Positions 24,400-38,099 are shown, counted from the stretch's first letter. The stretch: DNA of 64,000 bases from Octopus bimaculoides (GCF_001194135.2 NC_068983.1:112268072-112332071); one strand, 5' to 3'. Notes: generated by a model not told the origin, from the letters alone. Made by a program: numbers and translations.

Positions 24400-25126
24400 A
24401 AGATAGCATGTATAATAGTTGCACATGAAATACAAGTTGTATATTAGCGAAACATAAATACTGAATGCACAGGATGTGCAACAATTGGAAAGAAATGAAG
24501 CAAGTATGCTCCACTGCATGTGTAATGTTAACAAGGGTGAAAGACAAGGCAAAAATGTGTTGAGATAAAACCTGAGTATAAAAAGAATTGAATATAATGT
24601 GCAAAATAGAAGATTGTGTTGGTAGAGACATGGATACATATGGAGGATGAGAGATGAGTAAAGATGTGGTGAGTGATTCAATTTAAAGGAGCTGGCAAAA
24701 GAGAATGACCAAGGGGGAGATGGGAAGAAGTGAAGAAGGCTGATCTCATAAGGCTGAACAGCATAAAGGAGATGACAAAAAGCCAGCACCCATTGAACCC
24801 ACTTAAATTTCAAAGAGCAGATGTAAGAGGATGGTGATGATGATGAAGTAGAATATATATATATATATGTGTGTATTAACACTGGTGCTGGTGATACATA
24901 AAAAGCACTGGTGCTGGTGGCACATAAATAGCATTGGTGCTGGGACCGTGTAAAAAGCACCCAATACGCTCTGTAAAGTGGATGGCTTTAAGAAGGGCAT
25001 CCAGCCATAAGAACCATTCCAAAACTGAGAATGGAGCCTGGTGCAGCTCCCAACCTTACCAGCTCCAGTCAAACCATCCAACCCATGCCAGTGTAGAAAA
25101 CAAATATTAAATGATGATGATGATAT
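24400..25126 (+). mobile_element. Two adjacent degenerate RTE 3' ends
   Basis: LERNEASMLHCMCNV-like coding remnant with a GAT tail at ~24840, then a second 3' UTR with a GAT tail at ~25120. Confidence 0.6.
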
Positions 25127-26262
25127 TAGATAAGTACATATATATAAATATACATACATATGAACACATTTATATCCATGCATACATGTAGATGTACATA
25201 TGCATACATAAACTCAAAAAGGTAAAAATACATCTTGCTTGATGCTGCTGGGACAATTTATTGTATTTTTAACAGAGCAAGCTCATAAGAAATATTATCC
25301 CAAGACAAATATTGTAGTAACTACCCTGTTGACAGTGTGTGTATGTCAAAGATGATACATACAATGCTATTTTCATTAAATTCTGCCTCCTTTACATATA
25401 CCAGATTATCAGTTAACCAGATCACTATTTGAAACATCAGTGATTGTTTTGTTCACTTTTTCCTATATCTGAGAGAATGAATTCCCATAGGAGCCTGTTG
25501 CTGCTGCAAGTATGCAAATTTCAAAAGTCCCAAAAAGGCCAGAATGCATTTGGTACTGTTGTTTGACTGTTGCTTGGATGAATTTTCATCTCACACTGAT
25601 GTTTATTGTGTTTTTAACATAGCATGCACATAAGTGATAGTATCCAAGGATGCTATCTGCTCTAACTGGCTTATGAACAGGGTGTGTACATTAAGTTTGA
25701 TACACAGACAGAAAGACTGAGAGAGAGAGAAATGTGAGAAAGCAAGAGGAAGGGTGGTGATTTTTGGTTTGTGTTGATAAGTTAAAGTATGAAGGAAGGT
25801 GTATTGTTAGCAGAGGCTGAAAGCGGAGAAACTAACATCCAGTTGTAGAAAGCTGACAATGAAGCTCAGTGCAGCTCTGCAGCTTGCCACATCTCATCAA
25901 ACCATCTAACCCATGCCAGCATGGAAAAAAAGGGACTTTAAATGAGATGACGATGATGATGATGATGACGACGACAATGACAATGACAATCAGAGAAACT
26001 GGGTGATGTGTTTGCAAATCTTCCATGATAATATGAATGGTCACTGTGCTGTACTGTTAATATTGAAAGCACAACAGGAATTATTATGTTGCTTAGAAAA
26101 AGAGGACAATGGGTGACAGGAAGAGCATCATCTGGCTGTAGAAAATCTGTCTTAGCAAATTTTGTTCGACCCATCCGAGTATGGAAAAGTAGATGTTAAA
26201 ATGATGATGATGATGATGATACATATACTCACACACATGCACACTCCCATATATGTCATATG

Positions 26263-26309
<47 letters not shown>

Positions 26310-27039
26310 ACATGTATGTATGTACATATATGTATGTCTGCAAGTATATTATGTATATATGCATGTGTAGATGTGTTTGTATTTGAGGATATACTCTATT
26401 GCATACTTATCCGATATAATAATCCTATCATCTAGTAGTTTTAGTTAAGTATTGCATAAAATATAATGCACTTTCTCATTGTCAAAATACAAGAATTATT
26501 TTCCTTTAGCATAAATTATTACCATACTTTCTGCTAGACAATATAATGCAGTATTGCCAGATGATAAATAGTTATTGTTTAATTTTAATTTATTCCATGC
26601 AAAAGCTTTTTGCCATAATGTAATTTTTTCTTGAACTTCTGAAATAGTTTATTTATTCTGTTTCTGATGTTTTATTTAATGTTAATGTTATTGTGAGAGT
26701 AGAGCTAATTATTGATGAATGTGACTGTAGCATTAATATAACTACTGGAGTAAGTGTGTCTATGGAGTTATGACTTATGTTGGCCATGAAGTTATTTTTT
26801 TATCCATAGAAAAAAGTGACAGTATAAAGCATAAATGGATAAAGAGAGGTGCATAGACATTTAATACAGTGGATTTTGGGGAGCTGAAGAGAAATAAATT
26901 GTGTTTGAACAAATGGTTGTGTAATGTTAACTTACATAAAGCACAGATTAATACTGAATTGTAAGGCATAGTGTATTTAAATGTATTAGCTTATATAAGC
27001 AGGAGAAATTGCTGTAGTTACATTGATATATGATTGAAA

Positions 27040-27691
27040 TACAATTGGGTACCCAAAAGTAACTAGAAACATTCTCTGTGAGTCCAGCTTGTCGTAGTTC
27101 AGGCTTCCACTGCTAGAATCCACTTGATGCAACCCTCAGGCATAAGTATGCTGACCGGCAGGGTCGAGTGCAATCCAACTGTCAAGTGGGGCATCCTTGG
27201 TTTGCAGTACTTCTCCTCCCTTCATTAATTTTGCGATGGCTGAGATGAAGGAACAGTGTGCTTCCATGAAATTCCGTTTTCTGGTGGGGAAAACAGCAGA
27301 CAAAACAGTTGTCATGCTTCTAACAGATTACAAGGACACTGCTACGAGCAGAACACAAGTTTGCAAGTGGTTTTCACTCTTTAAGAATGGCCACTTCTCA
27401 CTTGAAGACCAACTTCGTTCAGGGCGTCTGTCAACCTCCTGAATGAATGAAAATATCATAAAAATTCATGAATTGACCTTGGAGGACCATCACTTAACAA
27501 TTCACAAACTTGTTGATATGACTGGTGTGTCCTGGAGCTCATGCCAACGAATTCTGAATGTGAAAGTGCAAATAATAAGAGTTGCAGAAAAAATTGTGCC
27601 TTGCTTTCTCACAGATGATCAAAAGGCATCACAACTGAATGCATGTCGTGAACTGTAAGAACAGATGGAAATTGATCAGGTCTCTTTTTCA
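27040..27691 (+). mobile_element. mariner transposon 5' part (TIR plus transposase DNA-binding domain pseudogene)
   Basis: EQCASMKF..GKTADKT..SRTQVCKWFSLFKNG..EDQLRSGR..VAEKIVPCFLTDDQK; TIR tacaattgggtacccaaaag. Confidence 0.85.
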
Positions 27692-27701
27692 NNNNNNNNN
27701 N

Positions 27702-27736
<35 letters not shown>

Positions 27737-27769
27737 AAATATATGTATAAAATGAAAAAGAGACGAGAA

Positions 27770-28160
27770 GTGTGTGTAACTTCCTGTTTTGACACCACAC
27801 TTCCTACTTAACACATAAACTTTCAAAACCCACAGAATTGTCTTCCCTTACACACACTTCCTGTTTTGACACCACACTTCCTACTTAACACATAAACTTT
27901 TAGCCCCTTTTTTGTAAACACAACTTTTAATTCCATGCATCCTAATCTTTCTAACAATTATCTACATGGATTACCATTGAACTTTAAAAGCTCAAAGACA
28001 ATATAATGTATTGGTATATTTATTTTTTTATATATTATTTTTTTATATATATAATTTTTTAATTTTTTTGCAAAAAACATTTTCATTCTTAATAATTTGC
28101 CCTGCAATGAAAGCCGGTTAGAAATCCTTTTTAAAATCCTTTGTAATCCTCCTTATACAT
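27770..28160 (+). repeat. Unclassified interspersed repeat with internal ~66-bp tandem duplication
   Basis: Homologous to 5228-5545; cttcctgttttgacaccacacttcctacttaacacataaactt occurs twice. Confidence 0.7.
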
Positions 28161-29753
28161 TTTTGTGACAACTGATACACACACACACATCTAAATACAG
28201 AGACAGACACACACACAGGAACAGACATAGGCTTCAGGTATGCGTCAATGTATGTGTGTGCGTGTGAGACTTAGTTTATGTATATAACTTCCCACCCTTA
28301 ACAGTGAAACGTGCCAATATAGAAAGTTTACTCGTGGTCTGGACTTCAAACAAACAGCAACATTCACTTTCAAGTACTACCAATACGAAGATTTGGATGA
28401 TTGAACAGTGCTTTTAATACTCACAAATATATCTGAAAAAAAAAAAGAATGTTATTCTGGTTATTATAACAAATTCAGAAACTTGGTGAAGTAGAAAGCC
28501 TCAGCTGCTCTTTCAATATAATTACAGAAATGTTCTTCCACTCCTTCTAACCAGTTTCAAGATAATATTTTTATAACAGTTCTTGTATTCTTTATCACTG
28601 TGAGTATCAACATAGAACAACTTTTTTACTGTGTTACTCAGTATTTATTCTACAGTCTATAACATTACACAGTTCAAAAATATATAGTAATGTCAAATTA
28701 ATTTATATCTTGCTACATACATCCTTCAGCAAATATTTTAAATTAATGTTCACAACAACAGCATCTTCCTTTTTATGCACTTGGTTCAGCATTCGTTTCA
28801 AAATTGTAAAATAAATTATTTTTGTATAAAAAATTGAATTATGAGCTTTTTGAATTTTCTTGGACTTTCACTTTCTTCACCATAACATTTCATTCAATTA
28901 TGAATTTTATAACATTTAGTACATGTTCCAAATAAATGTTGACTTTCTGTACTTTATTACATTGGTGACACATACTTTTGTTAAATTGATGACTTTCCAT
29001 TTTTTATAGTATTACTATGCTACAGAAAGTATGTTTTGCACCTATATTGACTACATTTCGTTTCACTTGAACTTTGTGTGTGTACGTTTTGCTATTCTCA
29101 ATATTATCAATTCTATGTGAGTGTGTGTGCGTGTGTTTCTGCATTTGTTATGTCTATAGTAAACTACAGTAAAGAACATTTTACGCTGTTTTAATGAGCC
29201 TACATTTACTTAATGAAGTAGCCATCCTTACTGTTGGTGATCCCTTTGAAAATCGCGATATTCTCATTCGTAAATAGAAATATTACATTTCTAAATCTCT
29301 CAGAGAAATTTATACTGTAGCAGTGCGATATCGTGATGATGAGCAATGACTCTGAAACTAGTCTCTGGATACTGGCTTTGCTGGGTGGAGGTGTTTATCT
29401 CCCCTTTGAAAACATAAGGACACAGAATATGTGTCATAGCCAACTGGAAATGGTGTTTCCTAGGGCTAAATAGCAGTAGCATTCTTCCCTTTCATGGGAC
29501 TGCCACATTAAGTTGGTAACATACCATCACTTTATTCTCATTCATGTTCAATATAACAACCATAAACGTGTTTCACAGACTCATCTCTCTTATGATGCTC
29601 TCCAGTATACTCTTATTCTGTGGAATGGACAAGAGGGGTATTGTTTCAATATAACTCAGATTGAACCTGAAACAGGATAGCCAATTACAAACAAAAGGGT
29701 GTCATCAAATGATTTCTATTCTTACCGGCTGATGCTAAGACCAGAACAATCTA

Positions 29754-29970
29754 ATCCTTTCTACTATAGGCACAAGGCCTAAAATTTCAGGGGAGGTGAC
29801 CAGCTGATTACATCAACTCCAGTGTCTCACTGGTACTTAATTTATCAACCCCGAAAGGATGAAAGGCAAAGTTGACCACAGCGGCATTTGAACTCAGAAC
29901 ATAAAGACAGGCGAAATACCACCATCAAGTATTAAGCCTGGCATACTAACGATTCCACCAGCTCACTGCC
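29754..29970 (-). mobile_element. tRNA-derived SINE family E
   Basis: ttctgagttcaaatgcc B-box region and ccttgtgcctatagtagaaagg 3' end; same family as the 55286-57182 cluster. Confidence 0.7.
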
Positions 29971-32353
29971 TTCCAGAAAAATCAAATCGGTTACACATGT
30001 CAAATAAACTTTATTTTCATTTACATATTTTCTACGTTCTCTCAATTACCAGCTATAGTTATTTCAAATACACTTCTCTACATTAACTAGGTTTCAATAG
30101 AAAATGAAAGTAGTTTCCAACTTTCAATTTGAACCAAAATTACAAAGTATTGCTTTACGATGTGTAAATAATGAAAGTAAAGTTTCTCTGAATTAGTCAC
30201 ATGTGTATTATAGTAAAGAAAGCTGATTATTATCTATCTACCAAATAAACTATGTTTTTGATTAAACTTTTTTTTGCAACTACAATAACCTCGGTAACTA
30301 TGTTGGGTCGCACAATTTTGAAATCATTTTCAGACAATATTTTGATTTGCTTCTAATGTATCACTTTCGTCCGATGTTTCACACATTCGTAGAATTTTAT
30401 TCAGACAAACATTTATGAAAATGTACGCATAAATATGGTATGAAAATAAGCCACAACCAAAAACATTGCACTAAAAGACATGCATTTTTTATATGTTATG
30501 AGGAAATGCAGCCCCCCTCTCTCTTTCACATGCACAGAAAAGATGTATGCATATGTATTTAGGGGCAAAGCTCAAGAATACGAGCTCCCAGTGTTTAGGT
30601 ACCTCCGCCAATTTAAGTATATGTTTTTATGAAAGATAATGTGTGTGTGAGAGAGAGGGAGAAAGACAGACAGAGAGTGAGTGAGAGCCACTTGCACATA
30701 CATGCAAAAAAATTCATATATCACAACACACACCTACACTCACTCTCTCTTTCTCTCTTTCTCACACACACGTCCATTTCATATACATGTACATCTTACA
30801 CTTTCTCTTCTTTTACATTCTCCTCTCACTTCAAAGCAAATGTCAACTTTTAACTTTATCCTCCCTTTCAATTGCTGCTCTCTTTGAATCATATGGAAAT
30901 TAAAACAAGTTTGCAGAAATTAACAAACAATCATATGATCTCATCTATGTCAAGTTGACAACTTTGCTTCTTCAAATGAAAAAATGGCATAAAATAACTT
31001 CCTTTGACAGACACATATATGCATACACACACTCTGTGTGAATTACGTGTAAATTTACAGCTCCAATCCAATTGAAATGATCTTTTCCTTTTGTGTAATT
31101 TATGGTTGTGATGAGCACATTTAGAATCCTGATCTTTGATATAAACTTAAAAGGAAGTTTTCCAGAAATCCTGTCCTTTACCACTTCTTTCTAGCATGTC
31201 CAAGGTGATACTTCCATTCCCCTACATTATTTTTTTTTCCTAAATTTCTTCCGGTTCCTATGTTTGTGATACAGGAGATTACGATTTCACCCTCAAACAT
31301 GTTCTCAATATTTTAATTTTCTCCCTCTCCACACCAAATAAATTTTTTACTTTTTCAAATTTTTATTCTTGGTAATCCATGGAAAAAAAAACAGAGAGTA
31401 CAAATCTTTAAGAATTTTACCCATCACCTCACCACTTTCAAGAAGCTACACACTCCCAATGTTTCACTTTTAACTTTTTGGAAAGCAGGGAAGTTTCTTC
31501 ATAAATAATATCATTTACCTGTTGTTTCTAGCATGTCAGGTTTTCTGGTGGTGGTCTGGTATTTTTTAAGTCTACTATTTCAGTAGAATTTTACGCATAC
31601 TGGAAACGTCAGACAAAAGTGAAAGAGTGGTAGATTTTAGCTTTTTGAAAGCTGGTAGATGATGGGTGNNNNNNNNNNNNNNNNNNNNNNNNNNNNNNNN
31701 NNNNNNNNNNNNNNNNNNNNNNNNNNNNNNNNNNNNNNNNNNGGAAAGGGCATTGTGTGTTTCTTTATAAAACTATAAAATATATATATATTTCCCAGAT
31801 TCGTAGTCTCTGCATTTTCCTACATAGATAACAAAAAAAAAATTGTAAAAGTTACAAATTAAGAAATTGCAATGGGGATAGGGGGAAATTAAAACTTTGT
31901 AAACATGATTTCTGGACAAAATTGTATAGACCCCCTTTTATACGATGAAACAATACATAGTTTCTGATCCTTCTTAAGAACAGAAAGCACTTTCATTCAA
32001 ACCCATGCAAATTGCACACTTGCCCTTCACTATTAAACAAAAAATAACTTCCGTTCTTCCATTAACTATATATCAGCTATGCCAATTCTGCTCATAAGAA
32101 AGAAGCAAATAATACAATGTACTTGTAGGTCATAACACCTGGACAACACTGGGATGCATTGTTAGTACATAGCGTATCTTGTTTCGAAATGCAAGAGTAG
32201 AAAAACAGCCAACAAGTGATGAAGAGTCGTTCTTTACGTTGTCTGTCTTGTTTTCCATTTGTGTTTTTTGTTCGAAAAAATAGTTCATATTGCATGTACT
32301 TGTACTTCGTATTTTTTGTTGTACACGTATGATGACATCCTGTGCCCACAAAT

Positions 32354-32404
<51 letters not shown>

Positions 32405-33281
32405 NNNNNNNNNNNNNNNNNNNNNNNNNNNNNNNNNNNNNNNNNNNNNNNNNNNNNNNNNNNNNNNNNNNNNNNNNNNNNNNNNNNNNNNNNNNNNNNN
32501 NNNNNNNNNNNNNNNNNNNNNNNNNNNNNNNNNNNNNNNNNNNNNNNNNNNNNNNNNNNNNNNNNNNNNNNNNNNNNNNNNNNNNNNNNNNNNNNNNNNN
32601 NNNNNNNNNNNNNNNNNNNNNNNNNNNNNNNNNNNNNNNNNNNNNNNNNNNNNNNNNNNNNNNNNNNNNNNNNNNNNNNNNNNNNNNNNNNNNNNNNNNN
32701 NNNNNNNNNNNNNNNNNNNNNNNNNNNNNNNNNNNNNNNNNNNNNNNNNNNNNNNNNNNNNNNNNNNNNNNNNNNNNNNNNNNNNNNNNNNNNNNNNNNN
32801 NNNNNNNNNNNNNNNNNNNNNNNNNNNNNNNNNNNNNNNNNNNNNNNNNNNNNNNNNNNNNNNNNNNNNNNNNNNNNNNNNNNNNNNNNNNNNNNNNNNN
32901 NNNNNNNNNNNNNNNNNNNNNNNNNNNNNNNNNNNNNNNNNNNNNNNNNNNNNNNNNNNNNNNNNNNNNNNNNNNNNNNNNNNNNNNNNNNNNNNNNNNN
33001 NNNNNNNNNNNNNNNNNNNNNNNNNNNNNNNNNNNNNNNNNNNNNNNNNNNNNNNNNNNNNNNNNNNNNNNNNNNNNNNNNNNNNNNNNNNNNNNNNNNN
33101 NNNNNNNNNNNNNNNNNNNNNNNNNNNNNNNNNNNNNNNNNNNNNNNNNNNNNNNNNNNNNNNNNNNNNNNNNNNNNNNNNNNNNNNNNNNNNNNNNNNN
33201 NNNNNNNNNNNNNNNNNNNNNNNNNNNNNNNNNNNNNNNNNNNNNNNNNNNNNNNNNNNNNNNNNNNNNNNNNNNNNNNNN

Positions 33282-33706
33282 CGTAGAGTTCTACAAATTA
33301 CATTCAGTGTATCCTTTCAAATGTCTTCAATCTGGCGCGCTAAGTCCGGAAATAACTCTGCAGTTAATAAAATTTTGCAGCTAATTTACCGGTTTGAGAA
33401 CATCATTATTTAAAATTTATTAATAAGGGTAGAAATTAATATTAATCAATTAAAACCAATGGTCTAGCATATTAAAAAAATCCGAAGATTAAAATTATAT
33501 TACATACAAAAATAAGAGGAATGACCAGCAAAAGTGGACTCCTATATGCTAGAAATAGATGCCGAATCATCTAACCACGAAAAATATGTTCTCAGTAAAA
33601 GTTTAGCGACACAACAGACTGTAAAAGGGCAAGACAAATGGAAAAAATACTAAATAAAAAAACGATTAACTTACGATACACTGAATGTATTTTGTAGAAC
33701 TCTACA
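33282..33706. mobile_element. MITE-like element with 32-bp terminal inverted repeats
   Basis: 33282-33313 versus 33675-33706: 2 mismatches in 32; the left end abuts a gap. Confidence 0.7.
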
Positions 33707-34830
33707 CGTGCTCCCTTTCGGGTGAACGTCTTGTGTCTAGTTCTCCAACATAGGTTGCTATTACTTCCCCTGCTCTACACTTGTTGACACTACTCTCTTA
33801 CTATTTTAATGCTGACAACATATCATGCACACTGTCCGTCACAAGCAAACATCACTCTATGACTCTAGCAACCACTTATATTCCCTCTCCCCAGGTCACT
33901 CATTATTGACATCCTTCATATTCTCTCATCTCCAACCATTTTCACACCTCTTCTACCAACTCCAATCATCATACTTTTCCCTTCATACTCTTTCCAACCT
34001 ACTCTTCTTCCTTCCACTAGCATCGAAAACCATAAACTAACTTAGAAAAGTACATTTAGTATGTTTGTTTGTTGCTCTCTTTGATTATTATTTCTCTTTT
34101 CATATCCTAAATTTTTCAATGTTAATTTCGTATGAAACACTGATCCAGCAGACATTGGATCTGTCTAGGTTGATGTATCACCTGTTTAGAAATCTGACTT
34201 CTTTAAAATATTATCTGATCATGGTGGATTTTATGATATAATGCATTTTTTTTTATGAATGCATTAATTAAATCCTACTGAAACAGCTGTCATAACTTTT
34301 AAGCACTATTTGTGCTTGATGTGTGTGTGTGTGTGTAATTACTGTTTCAATAATGATTCTTCTGTATATGTACATGCACATTGATGGTGTAACCACCATA
34401 TGTGTCACTTTAGATGTAACAAACTCAAGAATGTGCAAATACAACTACACTTAACTCAAAATGTATGGCTATATCAACATGGATACATATATATCCTGTC
34501 TCCTCTCATCACACGAACTTTTGGATTCCACCTTCTTTCCTTCTGGATCTACTCTTTCTGGACTGTTTGATTATGAACTTTATACCCTCCGGCTGCACCT
34601 CTCCTAGCCACGGATTACACTGGACCCATCTTCTGATTGGAAATCGCTTCAATATACCACGACGTCTAAAAAACTTTTGAACTTTTCCACTTTTGTAAAC
34701 CTCCTTTATCATCTTTTTTTTATCCTTAACTTCCGGTCAGCCATTGTTATGATCAGCCATTATTATGATTGACCGTTGACTGGACACTATTCAATTTTTT
34801 TTCTCCGTGTTTTTCTCCTTGTCTCCGTAT

Positions 34831-34867
34831 TCTTTCTGTTGAAGAGCGTAGCTCGAAACGTTAAAGA
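34831..34867 (+). ncRNA. Minimal type-I hammerhead motif, CUGUUGA core variant, structurally intact
   Basis: TCTTT-CTGTTGA-A-GAGC-GTA-GCTC-GAA-ACGT-T-AAAGA: perfect 5-bp stem I, 4-bp stem II, ACGT palindrome. Confidence 0.6.
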
Positions 34868-35177
34868 CTTTCCGTATTCCCGAGCGNNNNNNNNNNNNNN
34901 NNNNNNNNNNNNNNNNNNNNNNNNNNNNNNNNNNNNNNNNNNNNNNNNNNNNNNNNNNNNNNNNNNNNNNNNNNNNNNNNNNNNNNNNNNNNNNNNNNNN
35001 NNNNNNNNNNNNNNNNNNNNNNNNNNNNNNNNNNNNNNNNNNNNNNNNNNNNNNNNNNNNNNNNNNNNNNNNNNNNNNNNNNNNNNNNNNNNNNNNNNNN
35101 NNNNNNNNNNNNNNNNNNNNNNNNNNNNNNNNNNNNNNNNNNNNNNNNNNNNNNNNNNNNNNNNNNNNNNNNNNNNN

Positions 35178-35404
35178 TGTGTGTGTGTATGTTTGTGTGG
35201 CTGTGTTTGTCCCCCTACCATTGCTTTACAACCGATGTTGGTGTGTCTACATCCCCGTAACTTAGTGGTTCGGCAAAAGAGACCGATAGAATAAGTACTA
35301 GGCTTACAAAGAATAAGTTCTGGGATTGATTTGTTTGACTAAAAGTGGTGCTCCAGCATGGCTGCAGTCAAATGACTGAAACAAGTAAAAGAGTAAAGGA
35401 GTAA
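35178..35404 (+). mobile_element. SINE family A, 3' half (5' half probably in the gap)
   Basis: Matches 22000-22211. Confidence 0.75.
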
Positions 35405-35509
35405 GTGGTCGTCAAAAGCAGAAATTGCTATGGGCTAATTTGAAGCCCAAACTGTTACAGAGTTTCTTCTATGCCTCTGTTTTGTGTAACTTGAGAAAAG
35501 GCTAAGTTA

Positions 35510-35878
35510 CTCTTTTACATGTTTCAGTCATTTGACTGTGGTCATGCTAGAACACCACCTTTAGTTGAAGAAATCGACCCCAGGACTTATTCTTTGTAAG
35601 CCTGGTACTTATTCTATCGGTCTCTTTTTGCCGTAATAAGTTTTCGGGGGCCATAAACACACCAACATTGGTTGTCAAGTGATGGTGAGGGGACAAACAC
35701 AGACACAATGACACACACACATAAATATATATACATATAGGTTTCTTTTAGTTTCTGTCTACCAAACCCACTCACAAGGCTTTGGTTGGCCCGAGGCTAC
35801 CAGTGCCATACAGTAGAAATGAACCTGGAACCATCTGGTTGAGAAGCAAGCTTCTTACCACACAGCCATGCCTGCACC
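35510..35878 (-). mobile_element. SINE family A, near full length
   Basis: Reverse complement of family A; tail-to-tail with the previous copy. Confidence 0.75.
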
Positions 35879-36127
35879 ATTTTTATTTTTAAAAATTTTG
35901 TTTATGATGGTGAACTAAATTAAATAACTATGTGTTTGGTATTGCTATTGTATAACTCAATCACATTCAGGTTTCTTTCTGTGATTTTCTCTTTTTTTTT
36001 TTTGGTGTTTTGCTTTTTGAGTTCAATTGAATTTAATACATCTCTCTTACTGTTGTCATTCAGCAGTTTATTACTGTTTTGCTGCTGGCAAAAATTTAAT
36101 ATGTAACATGAATGTATTGTCTGAGTG

Positions 36128-36180
<53 letters not shown>

Positions 36181-36667
36181 TTATCTATCTATCCATACAT
36201 ACATACATACATACATATATATGTTTGTGCGTATGTGTGTGAGTAGATTATATACAACAATAAAAAGATAATGATATAAATTAAATTGCTTACAAGAATC
36301 TATAGACAAAACATACATGCTTGGCCTTATTATAATCGCACCTGCGACACTTTTCCAAGCAACTGATAAACACATACATTCACACATACAAACACAGAAA
36401 TTACACGCACATACACACACACATACAAACTAACATGAACGAATAGTTACATTATACAGAAAATTTATCATTCAAGCTAAAACATTTATCAAAAATTTGA
36501 TCTACTAGAAATAGTAACTAAATCTTCCTAAAATTTAATGTTACCCACTTTTTAAAAAAATGGATGCATTTTGAGGCTAGCATGCTTTGTATCAGATATC
36601 TTCTCTTCAAGGCTGACCTGAGGTTACTAACTTTTGTTTCATATGTATATATATATANNNNNNNNNN

Positions 36668-36792
36668 ACTACATTAAGGGTACACGTGTCTGTGGAGTGC
36701 TCAGCCACTTGCATGTTAATTTCATGAGCAGGGTGTTCCGTTGATCGGATCAACTGGAACCCTCGACGTCGTAAGCGATGGAGTGCCAACAA
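36668..36792 (+). mobile_element. SINE family B 3' tail
   Basis: ctacattaagggtacacgtgtctgtggagtgc...ggagtgccaac; the remainder is probably in the gap. Confidence 0.75.
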
Positions 36793-36805
36793 AAATAAAT
36801 TTCTT

Positions 36806-37064
36806 TTACGGTCATCACTGGTGACGAATGCTGATGCAATGGAATTTGCAGATTTGGAAGAGGTAAAGAAAAAAACAGCAGAATTGCTAAAAGACATCAC
36901 TTCGCAAGAGTTCCAGCACTGCTTTGAATAGTGGAAAATGCACCTGGACCAAGGTTTTGCTTCAAATGGAGAATACTTTGAAGGTGATAAAAGTGTTAAC
37001 ATGTAAAACTAGATGAATAAAATAATATTGCAAAATTCTGGGTTTTTTGGGGTACCCCCTTGTA
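36806..37064 (+). mobile_element. mariner transposon 3' part with internal deletion and right TIR
   Basis: VITGDE followed directly by FADLEEVKKKT..FQHCFE*WK..NGEYFEGD; TIR ttttttggggtacccccttgta. Confidence 0.85.
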
Positions 37065-37249
37065 TGTTGAATAAAATCATAACAGGCGTGATTGTGTAGA
37101 GGCGCAGGCATGGCTGTGTAGTTAGAATCTTGCTTCCCAATCACATGGTTCCAATTTCAATCCTACCTTGAGCAGGTGTCTTCTATTATAGCCTCAGGCC
37201 GACCAAAACCTTGTGAGTGGATTTGGTAGACGTAAACCAAAAGAAGCCC

Positions 37250-37289
<40 letters not shown>

Positions 37290-38099
37290 GTATGTGTACG
37301 AGTTAGTAGACAAATGAAAGAAGGGCACTCAACACATTTATTGGGAGTTACATGTATAAATCAAAACAGTTTGACTCAGACTCCTTGGTACTTTGCTTTT
37401 CAAGCATGTGGCTAATCTTTGACCATTGGGATCTGAATGAGACTTTAGCTGAAGAGAGTCAATGTTTATTACTGAACGTAATTTGCCAGTGATTGATTGA
37501 GAAAGTCATGTAGTTTAGTAATTTGATGTCGATATTTCAGCAACAACAATTAGTTGGAAAATATTGCATGGTGAACAGAAAATTGACCACATGGTGGATA
37601 AGAAATCGGTCATGTGGCTGGAGGGAAGTAGGAAGGGTCAGTAGATGCGGGGATGTATATGCATGTATGTACATGTATATGCCAATATATCTGCGTGTAT
37701 GCATCCGTACTTACACGTATGTGCATATGTGCTTAGATATACATTCACACATCCACACACACATGCACACACACAAACACAAGCACACACACAGATACTG
37801 ACATGCACATGCATAGATACAGACACGCACACACATGAAGCTACACACGCACATACCAACACACACACACATGCACACACAGATACATATTCACACAGAC
37901 ACACACATGCACGCACACCTTTATCTCCATGTACATATGCACACAAGCACACACACATGCATATACACACAAGTGCGAATGTGTATATATATGCACATGC
38001 ATAGGTGCATGTGCATATATATACATGCACATGTACACCACATGCACACATTTGTGTGCATGCATACGGCGAACAGATGCATATGTGTATAAAAAAACC

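Noticed and set aside
37638-38092. His/Thr- or Cys/Val-rich ORFs
   Set aside because: Translations of degenerate (CA)/(TG) microsatellite; the same applies to poly-I/Y/L/N ORFs elsewhere.
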